Shown in pieces: positions 56,982 through 64,000 of a stretch of DNA of 64,000 bases; position 1 is the stretch's first letter, and every line of letters starts with the position of its first letter. This DNA comes from Smithellaceae bacterium. Lineage in GTDB: Bacteria; Desulfobacterota; Syntrophia; Syntrophales; Smithellaceae. The DNA lies in the NCBI GenBank assembly GCA_035416785.1, contig DAOLNX010000002.1:867-64866 (forward strand), read 5' to 3'. The translations under genes were made by a program, and so were the position numbers. The notes beneath the pieces are model-generated. The model was not told the DNA's origin and searched no databases. It worked only from the letters and a program-made list of their open reading frames with translations.

Positions 56982-57926
56982 TCAACCTTTCTTTTTGGAT
57001 TCGTTTATCAGCACTAGATATTCGTATTTATAAAGATCATACACGAAATGTTTGAGAATTTCTTGTTCATCAGAAAGAGAGGTGGTCTGGCGCATAGCAG
57101 TCTGGAGTTTATTGCTGAAATCTACGGGCAGAATATCGATATATTGACCACGGATGACTTTGTAGCGGAAAGCCCGGGCAATTTTTTCCAGATGAGAAAA
57201 TTTTACAGTATATTCATCGTGTCCCTTGAGGGATATTTTTTCAGGACTTCCGGGTGCTTCAAAATTCATTTGAGGAAAAGACGGATGGTTGCAGGATGAC
57301 TCGCAGCTGTGTTCACTGATAAAGATAAAGGGAATACGAGCGCCACAGAGCTTTTCCACGGATGCGATGGCACCGATGTTGATGGGTTCGTTCGGCTGAA
57401 AATTCAGGGAAAATTCTTCTTCAAAATCAAATACCTTGTTCGCCCAGAGACAGGTTTCGGCATCCGCGGTCGAGCCTGGGGCTTTTTGCACCACCAGTGT
57501 AGGAAAGTCTCCCAGGATTTCGTTAAGAATGACCAGATCGAACGTCTGAAGACCCGTCAGAGGCATGTTCAAAAAATCCATTTCCACGAATGTTACCGGC
57601 AGACCGGCAAGGGTATCTTTCTGCTTCTGAAGGAGGAAAGGAGAGATATCCAGCATGGTTGCCTGAATACTGGGGTGTAGCGTGAGTAGGTCTTTCATGA
57701 CATACCCCAAGCCACCGCCAATTTCCAGGACCTTTCTGATGCCATCCAACGGAAAAAGCTTGGCGAGAAAATGAAAAAGCTGTTCTCCGAAAGACCCGTC
57801 ATTTCGCAGCGCCCTGCGGCAGGGACTGCTTTTTTCATACAGGGCGTTGCAAACAGTTAATTCCCATCCTAGGGAATCTATTTGGGAAACATGGTAATGG
57901 GCTGTTGTATTTAGCTCATAGTTCAT
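56982..57926 (-). CDS. Class I SAM-dependent methyltransferase (possibly MidA/COG1565-like)
   Basis: VLEIGGGLGYVMKDL (motif I) and ILNEILGDFP. Confidence 0.6.
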   Translation of the reverse strand: MNYELNTTAHYHVSQIDSLGWELTVCNALYEKSSPCRRALRNDGSFGEQLFHFLAKLFPLDGIRKVLEIGGGLGYVMKDLLTLHPSIQATMLDISPFLLQKQKDTLAGLPVTFVEMDFLNMPLTGLQTFDLVILNEILGDFPTLVVQKAPGSTADAETCLWANKVFDFEEEFSLNFQPNEPINIGAIASVEKLCGARIPFIFISEHSCESSCNHPSFPQMNFEAPGSPEKISLKGHDEYTVKFSHLEKIARAFRYKVIRGQYIDILPVDFSNKLQTAMRQTTSLSDEQEILKHFVYDLYKYEYLVLINESKKKG

Positions 57927-57959
57927 CGTCCGGGTTCTCTTCTTGGATGTTTAAAAAAG

Positions 57960-58586
57960 TTATTTTTTTCCGGGGAACCGTCTCTGAAGCTCCGGAATCA
58001 GTCCTACCCTGATCTGGTCCGCATCACCGTATTTTTTCGTGTAGGTGCTGGAAAAGCGAAGCAGACAGGTCGGTGTTGCGTTGATTTCATAACGTTTGAT
58101 CATGTCAAGCCAGGCTTTGTAAATGGGTTCCGGGTTAATCGTCTTCAAGGAAATATTTTGGGATTTCATCGCTTCGGCGATTTCTTTTTCCTGATCCATT
58201 CTCTTGTATTCCGCCAAGGAGAAAAGAATGCGTCTTGCCTTCATGGCATTTTCATGGCTTTTGTCCGCTGCAACGGCGCTAAGAAAGAACTTAGCGTACA
58301 GGGCGGACTTCTTGCCGTGACCCGGATAATCCACAAAGGTGATTTTGACATCGCCTCTGGCCAGAAGTTTTTCCAATTCCGGTTCCAGTAATTTTTCCAC
58401 TCTCTGACAGGGAGGACAGAAATAATCCGTGAAAATGATGAGTTCCCAGGAGCCTTTTCCGTATGAGGGGATATTGGTCATTTCAGCGGCGCAGGCGGAA
58501 GTGGCCGAACCGGATAGCCAAAAGGCGACGAAAAGATAGCCCGTTATCATCATGGCTGCAACAGGAAAGCGCAAACGTCCGATCAT
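57960..58586 (-). CDS. DsbA/thioredoxin-fold thiol:disulfide oxidoreductase, exported
   Basis: CPPC active site (FTDYFCPPCQRVE). Signal-like N-terminus from MIGRLRFPVAAMMITGYLFVAFWL…ACAA. The track ORF extends to 58715, so the start is uncertain. Confidence 0.65.
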   Translation of the reverse strand: MIGRLRFPVAAMMITGYLFVAFWLSGSATSACAAEMTNIPSYGKGSWELIIFTDYFCPPCQRVEKLLEPELEKLLARGDVKITFVDYPGHGKKSALYAKFFLSAVAADKSHENAMKARRILFSLAEYKRMDQEKEIAEAMKSQNISLKTINPEPIYKAWLDMIKRYEINATPTCLLRFSSTYTKKYGDADQIRVGLIPELQRRFPGKK

Positions 58587-58862
58587 GCTTTTCTTTGCCT
58601 CTCCGAACGTGTAAATCATTATTGAGGACCAACGGTTCATTCTGCCGTACCTTTCATTATTTAGGATTTCCCTCCGTAATACCATCATGCCAACAGTCAA
58701 ACAGTAAATGCTCAAAACAGTCCCGGCCTGGAAGATTTGAAAAAATTATAAAGACTAAAAGGGATGATGTCAACATAATGTTCAAAAAGGAAACTTCCTT
58801 CGATAAATCTTGACAATTACGGGCCAATCCATTAGCCTGCGCCCCTGTTTTTGGAGATTCAT

Positions 58863-58914
58863 ACAGTCATGCCAGCGGTTGACTTACCGGTCGTCTCGGT
58901 TTGTTCATGACTGT
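58863..58914 (+). promoter_or_regulatory. Long stem-loop in the PTS operon leader
   Basis: Perfect 9-nt inverted repeat ACAGTCATG (58863-58871) / CATGACTGT (58906-58914). It ends 1 nt before the AAAGGGGG Shine-Dalgarno sequence of the EIIA gene. Confidence 0.4.
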
Positions 58915-58927
58915 AAAGGGGGCAATC

Positions 58928-59338
58928 ATGATAGGCGTGTTGATTACGACACACGGGAATTTGGGAAACGAATTGATTCATGCGGCCGAGCTGATCAAAG
59001 GGCCATTGCAGGACGTTATGCATGTCTGTGTCGAACAGAATAAAGGTGTCGAAGACATTAAGAAAGAAATCAGCAGCGCGATTAAAAAACTGGATAAAGG
59101 CAAAGGGGTATTAATTTTAACGGATCTTTTTGGCGGGACGCCGTCGAATATTTCCCTTTCTTTCATGAAAGAAGGCAAGGTTGAAGTGGTGACGGGGGTG
59201 AATTTGCCGATGCTGCTGAAATTGTCCGAGGTCAATGAAGAGACCAAACTGAATGAATTTGCCACATTTATCAAGGAGTACGGGAAAAAGAACATTTCCC
59301 TGGCCAGTGAAATATTAAGCAGAAAAGCAATCGGGTGA
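58928..59338 (+). CDS. PTS mannose-family EIIA component
   Basis: MIGVLITTHGNLG (phospho-His in THG) … DLFGGTP. Confidence 0.85.
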   Translation: MIGVLITTHGNLGNELIHAAELIKGPLQDVMHVCVEQNKGVEDIKKEISSAIKKLDKGKGVLILTDLFGGTPSNISLSFMKEGKVEVVTGVNLPMLLKLSEVNEETKLNEFATFIKEYGKKNISLASEILSRKAIG

Positions 59339-59360
59339 AGCATTGACGGAAGCTTTTGAC

Positions 59361-59855
59361 ATGGTTCTGGTGCGGGTGGACAATCGGCTGGTTCACGGCC
59401 AGATTCTGGAGGCTTGGGTGCCGTATGTCAAGGCCAGATGCATTATGGTTGTTGACGACAATTCCGCCAGAGATTTTTTTTGCGAGACCGTGATTCGCAT
59501 GGCTGTGCCCAGCGACATGGAGGTCTTTATCTATTCCGTTGCGGATTTTGCCGCCAATCATGTCTTTGCACAGGGGAAAGGTTTGAAAACCATTGTTCTT
59601 TTCGGAAGTATTGCCGATGCTTTGCGGGCCTATTCGTCGGGTTTCCATTTTGAAAAGCTCAATATCGGCAACATCCATCATGAAGAATATCAGGTTTGCT
59701 GTTCACCGTCTGTGTCATTATGTGAATCAGAAATTGCGGATATCTTGAATTTTTTGGAGGAAAAGGGTGTTACCGTGGAGTTGAGAAGAGTGCCCCGGGA
59801 AAAAGCGCTCAATATGAAAGAAGTTTTGCAGAATCTATGCCCCGGAAAACCATAA
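59361..59855 (+). CDS. PTS mannose-family EIIB component
   Basis: MVLVRVDNRLVHGQ (phospho-His). The start is ATG 59361 (GGAAG 8 nt upstream) or TTG 59343. Confidence 0.85.
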   Translation: MVLVRVDNRLVHGQILEAWVPYVKARCIMVVDDNSARDFFCETVIRMAVPSDMEVFIYSVADFAANHVFAQGKGLKTIVLFGSIADALRAYSSGFHFEKLNIGNIHHEEYQVCCSPSVSLCESEIADILNFLEEKGVTVELRRVPREKALNMKEVLQNLCPGKP

Positions 59856-59859
59856 GTGT

Positions 59860-60567
59860 ATGGATGCGGAAGTGATTTTAGACATCATGCTCACATCATT
59901 GGTTGGAGGACTGTTTTGCCTTGACCGTGTCTTGATTCAGGTTATGATTTCCCGTCCCGTCGTGATTGCTCCGGCAATCGGCATTCTTCTGGGAGACCCT
60001 TACACGGGCTTGATCATCGGCGCCATCCTGGAGCTGCTGTGGATGGACCGGTTGCCCATCGGTATTTATATTCCTCCCAATGATTCCATTGCTGCCGTGT
60101 TTGCTGCCGCTTTGGCGATACTGGCCGGTCAGGCGTTGGGATCGGTCAGTAAAGAACTGATCACCTTTGCCGTATTGATAGCGATTCCCTTTGGCCTCGC
60201 GGCCAAAGCTATCGACGTGAAAATTGTGGAATCCAATAATCTTCTTTCTGATCAGGCGCTGGAAGCAGCCAGAGAGGCGGACATACCGGCCATTGAGAGA
60301 AAAGTTTATCTTGGACTTTTCAAAGTGGCGATTTTTTATGTATCTTTCCTTTTTCTTCTACAGCTTCTTTTTGTTCCTATGTTGATCAGTGTTTTTCCGC
60401 TTTTACCGGCTGTCTTCAAAAGCATGCTTTTTCTCATGTATTATTTTTTACCGATTCTGGGAATGGCAGTGGCCCTGAATACCATCCGGTTGCGCGGGGC
60501 GGTTCCTGTTTTTTGCGCAATGATTCTGACTGCGGCTATCGTGATGGAATTCTTTTATGTTTTTTGA
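59860..60567 (+). CDS. PTS mannose-family EIIC membrane component
   Basis: 235 aa and polytopic. GGLFCLDRVLIQVMISRPVV… is ManY/AgaC-like. Confidence 0.75.
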   Translation: MDAEVILDIMLTSLVGGLFCLDRVLIQVMISRPVVIAPAIGILLGDPYTGLIIGAILELLWMDRLPIGIYIPPNDSIAAVFAAALAILAGQALGSVSKELITFAVLIAIPFGLAAKAIDVKIVESNNLLSDQALEAAREADIPAIERKVYLGLFKVAIFYVSFLFLLQLLFVPMLISVFPLLPAVFKSMLFLMYYFLPILGMAVALNTIRLRGAVPVFCAMILTAAIVMEFFYVF

Positions 60568-61030
60568 AAAAGACAAGCCTCAAGTCAGGGTTGATCTGAT
60601 GAGTCAGGCGGATCTTCCCGAAATCATGGCGATTGAACAGGCATCATTTCGATCACCTTGGACCCAGGGGATGTTTCTTGATGAGATGAGAACGACCCAC
60701 GCCCAGTGCCTGGCTGTAAAAATCAGAAAAGGCCAGAAAGCCGAGATTGCCGCCTATATGATTTTCTGGTTGGTGGCCGACGAGGGGCATTTGCATAAGA
60801 TGGCGGTTAAAATGGAATATCGACGACTGGGTCTAGCCGCCAGCTTGATGAATGTCATGAAGGACATCGCGGCACAGATGGGTATTTCACGCCGGACTCT
60901 GGAAGTGCGAGAATCGAATGACGGGGCGATCCATCTTTACAGGAAATGCGGTTTTGTTGTAAAGGGAAGGCGACCGAACTATTATGACGATACCCACGAG
61001 GCGGCTCTGATTATGTGGGCGGAACCTTGA
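60557..61030 (+). CDS. rimI: Ribosomal-protein-alanine N-acetyltransferase (GNAT)
   Basis: IMAIEQASFRSPW…LHKMAVKMEYRRLGLA…LEVRESNDGAIHLYRKCGF. The start may be the internal MSQADL (60599). Confidence 0.8.
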   Translation: MFFEKDKPQVRVDLMSQADLPEIMAIEQASFRSPWTQGMFLDEMRTTHAQCLAVKIRKGQKAEIAAYMIFWLVADEGHLHKMAVKMEYRRLGLAASLMNVMKDIAAQMGISRRTLEVRESNDGAIHLYRKCGFVVKGRRPNYYDDTHEAALIMWAEP

Positions 61031-61036
61031 CAGGAA

Positions 61037-61903
61037 ATGAACATGGCAAAAGAGGTTTACATGGGTGAAGTGCTTCGGAATGAAGAAATTCGAAAGCATT
61101 TTTTTCTTCTGAAGATAAGGCTGCCCGTGCAGTTTGGCGATCCCCTGCCGGGACAATTTGTGATGGTTCGCATAGCGGGGTTGCAGGATCCTTTCCTGTC
61201 GCGGCCGATCAGTATTTATTCTTTTATCCGTCAGCCCAAGGGATGCGTCCTTGAACTGCTCTATCGGGTGGCGGGCAGGGGAACCTCGATTCTGGCCGGG
61301 TTAATGAAAGGTTCTCTGTTGGAAATATCCGGACCTCTGGGAGGAAGCTATCGCCTTGATCCGACAAGGAAAAAAAACGTTTTTCTTGCGGGAGGCATAG
61401 GAGTGGCGCCTCTGTCCCTTCTTGCCCGGCATTTGTGTGAAACGGCCTGCACGGACACGATGGATATGACGTTTTACCTGGGTGCGCAAAATTCGGAAGC
61501 GGTAGTCGGACTTGATCGGCTGCGGGAATATTGCTACCAAATCATTGTCTGCACGGATGACGGATCTCTGGGAAGAAAAACCCTTGTGACGGCAGCGTTT
61601 CAAGAAGACATTCGAAAATATTCGCCACAGGATACAGCGATTTATGCCTGCGGGCCGAAGCCGATGCTTCGTTCTTTATCTTCTTTCTTGGGAAGGGAAT
61701 ATTTTTGTCAGGTGTCGCTGGAAGAGCGGATGGCCTGCGGCGTAGGCGCATGTGTTGGATGTGCCGTGGCTGTGAAAGACGAAGCGGGAAGACAGGCATA
61801 CAGGCGCGTTTGTGTTGACGGGCCTGTGTTTGAACTGAAAAATGTGATTTGGGAATCGTCATCTGTGCCCGGAGATTATGGTGGGACTGCCGCAGAGGTC
61901 TGA
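61037..61903 (+). CDS. pyrK: Dihydroorotate dehydrogenase B electron-transfer subunit
   Basis: FAD/NAD-binding fold (RPISI…, GGIGVAPL). C-terminal 2Fe-2S ligands C…CGVGACVGC. The start may be the internal MGEV (61061). Confidence 0.88.
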   Translation: MNMAKEVYMGEVLRNEEIRKHFFLLKIRLPVQFGDPLPGQFVMVRIAGLQDPFLSRPISIYSFIRQPKGCVLELLYRVAGRGTSILAGLMKGSLLEISGPLGGSYRLDPTRKKNVFLAGGIGVAPLSLLARHLCETACTDTMDMTFYLGAQNSEAVVGLDRLREYCYQIIVCTDDGSLGRKTLVTAAFQEDIRKYSPQDTAIYACGPKPMLRSLSSFLGREYFCQVSLEERMACGVGACVGCAVAVKDEAGRQAYRRVCVDGPVFELKNVIWESSSVPGDYGGTAAEV

Positions 61904-61959
61904 TGGTTGAAAGTGCCGGATCCAGGGTTCATGGCGCAGGATGCGAGGAGTGAGGTCGA

Positions 61960-62898
61960 TTGAGAAAGGCGATAACAGCAGATACGGCTCTGACGTTGGA
62001 GATTGCCGGCTTGAAGATGAAAAACCCGGTGATGACGGCATCCGGTACCTTTGGATATGGCGAAGAATATGCCGATTATGTGGATTTGAATGGCTTGGGA
62101 GGTATCGTGGTGAAGGGGCTTTCTCTGAAACCGCGTTTGGGCAATCCGCCGCCGCGTATCATGGAAACATCATGTGGCATGCTTAATTCGGTCGGCCTGC
62201 AAAATGTAGGTGTTGATGCGTTTATTGAAGAAAAGCTTCCATTTTTGCGGCAGTATGATGTTGCCGTCATTGCCAATATCTATGGGGAAAGCTATCAGGA
62301 ATATGTCCGGGTGGCCGAAAAGCTGAGCCGGGTGCAAGGTGTTCATGCTTTGGAAGTCAATGTTTCCTGCCCGAATGTTCAGAAAGGGGGACTGAGTTTC
62401 GGCTCTGATCCGAAAGTCGCGGCCGAGGTGACGCGCCGGGTCAAGGCGCAAACCGATCTGCCCGTCATTGTCAAGCTTACTCCCAATGTGACGGATATTA
62501 CCGTGATTGCGCAGGCCGTGGAAAAGGCAGGAGCCGACGCTGTATCGCTTATTAACACGCTGACAGGGATGTCGATTGACTTAAAAACCCGCACGCCGCA
62601 CTTAAAAAATGTGACGGGTGGTTTATCCGGTCCTGCTATTAAACCGGTGGCGCTCAGAATGGTGTGGCAAGTGGCGAGAAAGGTGACCATACCGGTCATC
62701 GGTATCGGCGGCATCAGCACCGCCGAAGACGCTCTGGAATTCCTGGTGGCGGGTGCAAGAGCCGTACAAATCGGCACAGCCAATTTTGTTAATCCTCTGG
62801 CCACAACGGAAATTATTGAAGGGATGCGGAAGTATCTTCATCGTTATAAACTGAATAAAATCAGCGATATTGTCGGCACTCTGCAGGTGCCGGGCTGA
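61960..62898 (+). CDS. pyrD: Dihydroorotate dehydrogenase 1B catalytic subunit
   Basis: LKMKNPVMTASGTFGYG…NVSCPN…GGLSGPAIKP…IGIGGI. TTG start. Confidence 0.92.
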   Translation: MRKAITADTALTLEIAGLKMKNPVMTASGTFGYGEEYADYVDLNGLGGIVVKGLSLKPRLGNPPPRIMETSCGMLNSVGLQNVGVDAFIEEKLPFLRQYDVAVIANIYGESYQEYVRVAEKLSRVQGVHALEVNVSCPNVQKGGLSFGSDPKVAAEVTRRVKAQTDLPVIVKLTPNVTDITVIAQAVEKAGADAVSLINTLTGMSIDLKTRTPHLKNVTGGLSGPAIKPVALRMVWQVARKVTIPVIGIGGISTAEDALEFLVAGARAVQIGTANFVNPLATTEIIEGMRKYLHRYKLNKISDIVGTLQVPG

Positions 62899-62987
62899 CG
62901 GCGTCGAGACGGATTCCTTTTGTGGGTATTTGGGATTCTGGCGGAGACCGGCAGATGGATCGTAAGGGTGGCGTCTTCAATAAGGAC

Positions 62988-63016
62988 TTGACTTCGCGCT
63001 TCAGTAAAGCTAATTG
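62988..63016 (+). promoter_or_regulatory. Candidate sigma70 promoter for the TPR lipoprotein gene
   Basis: TTGACT, then 17 nt, then TAATTG. It lies 70 nt upstream of the ATG at 63086. Confidence 0.3.
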
Positions 63017-63085
63017 TTAAATCAGGTTTTTTACGGGGAACAGATTTTTTGTCGCGGTGAACCTTTAACAGGAAAGGAGCAAAAT

Positions 63086-64000
63086 ATGTTTCAAAAAAAA
63101 GGCAGGATTCAATGGTTTTCCTTCATTTTACTAATGTCGGCTCTCCTGGTGATCATCGGTTGCGGCGGACCAAAAGCCAGGGTGGCGTCAAGCGAGCTGG
63201 ATACGCCTGAACATCACGTTTTTACGGGGATGAGATTGATTGATCAGGAAAAGTATGCGGATGCGCAGAGGGAATTTGAACTGGCTTTGCAGTTGAACGA
63301 TAAGTATTCCAAAGCCTACATGGGAATGGGCCTGGCCAGAGCATATCTGCGTAATTACACCGAGGCGCTGCAAAACTTGGATACCGCCTGGAAATATGCT
63401 AAGAAAAATGACGAGAAAGAGGCGGTTCACATCGGGTATATTCGCGTTAATACGCTCAGCAAGGCGGCGTGTGTGAAAATCGGCGTTGATTGTGAGCAGG
63501 ACCAAAGTTGGTTGGAAAAATGTGTAGATTCCTATTCTGCGGCCGTCGAGCTGAATCCATCGTCTTCCGCAGCCAATTATTACATGGGGCTGGCCTACAA
63601 GACGGCGCTGCAATTTGGCAACGCCGGAACCATGTTTTCCAAGGTATTGAAAATTAAAGGAGATTATGTTCGGCAAGCCGATGAACAGTGGGAGCTGATT
63701 CAGAAAATCCAGCGGGCGGTGCCCGGCACCACAACGGGAAAGAAAATTGCGCTGGTGGAGACGATCAGCCGTGCCGATGCTGCTGCTCTCTTTATGGAAG
63801 AGCTGAAGATCGACGTACTGTACAAGAAGAGAACGCCGAAAACATTTGACACCTCTTTCAAAGATCCGGAGAAAGCGGCTCAAACAGCGATGAAAAGCCA
63901 GGTTTCGGCCAGGGACATTGCAGATCATCCCTTGCGGGCGGATGTCGAGGGAATTCTGAACATTGGCGTCAGAGGACTGGAAGTTGGCCCCAATGGTAAT
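63086..64000 (+). CDS. TPR-repeat lipoprotein with an SLH-like C-terminal segment (partial; runs off the right window edge)
   Basis: My own translation gives MFQKKGRIQWFSFILLMSALLVIIGCGGPK… (lipobox). TPR-like helices follow (…YADAQREFELALQLNDKYSKAYMGMGLA…NYYMGLAY…), then …ISRADAAALFMEEL…. GGAAAGGAG lies upstream. The frame is open to position 64000, so it is absent from the track. Confidence 0.7.
   Translation, partial: MFQKKGRIQWFSFILLMSALLVIIGCGGPKARVASSELDTPEHHVFTGMRLIDQEKYADAQREFELALQLNDKYSKAYMGMGLARAYLRNYTEALQNLDTAWKYAKKNDEKEAVHIGYIRVNTLSKAACVKIGVDCEQDQSWLEKCVDSYSAAVELNPSSSAANYYMGLAYKTALQFGNAGTMFSKVLKIKGDYVRQADEQWELIQKIQRAVPGTTTGKKIALVETISRADAAALFMEELKIDVLYKKRTPKTFDTSFKDPEKAAQTAMKSQVSARDIADHPLRADVEGILNIGVRGLEVGPNGN

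Noticed and set aside
63188-63928. 246-aa minus-strand ORF.
   Set aside because: It is an antisense shadow of the edge-truncated TPR lipoprotein gene, which has a Shine-Dalgarno sequence, a lipobox and TPR periodicity.

Overview
The window is a gene-dense bacterial chromosomal segment with about 60 protein genes and one tRNA. I saw no rRNA, CRISPR array, transposase or integrase. Gene content suggests an anaerobic Desulfobacterota-like organism, but that is inference only. Most genes are housekeeping: pepA, miaA, panB, tilS-ftsH-folP-acpS-tsaE-lysC, aspS-gatAB, gcvT-H-PA-PB-lipA, def, ligA, rimI and pyrK-pyrD. Three parts stand out. (1) In the aspS-gat operon (27.7-32.5 kb), the AspRS ORF continues in frame into a full GatC-like domain, and no free-standing gatC is present. 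The adjacent GatA is shortened and appears to lack the catalytic Lys of the amidase triad. GatB looks canonical. (2) An 11-kb minus-strand signalling island (32.5-43.2 kb) holds three hybrid histidine kinases and a secreted single-Cache protein. It also holds a PP2C phosphatase / GHKL kinase / STAS partner-switching trio with no sigma factor nearby. Two of the kinases share a near-identical transmitter-receiver cassette. A secreted LIP-family lipase lies next to the island. (3) The visibly AT-richer left edge (1-4.3 kb) carries two tandem DUF4143-type AAA ATPases with repeat-rich and palindrome-rich intergenic DNA. Smaller oddities are also reported: a mannose-type PTS with IIA/IIB/IIC but no IID, orphan Opp/Dpp-type ABC ATPases coupled to pepA, a GT-A-like gene coupled to miaA, a long N-terminal extension on FolP, and a DUF2520 gene overlapping panB. 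All calls rest on by-eye reading of the ORF track, my own translation of the two edge ORFs, and remembered family motifs. No searches or computations were run.
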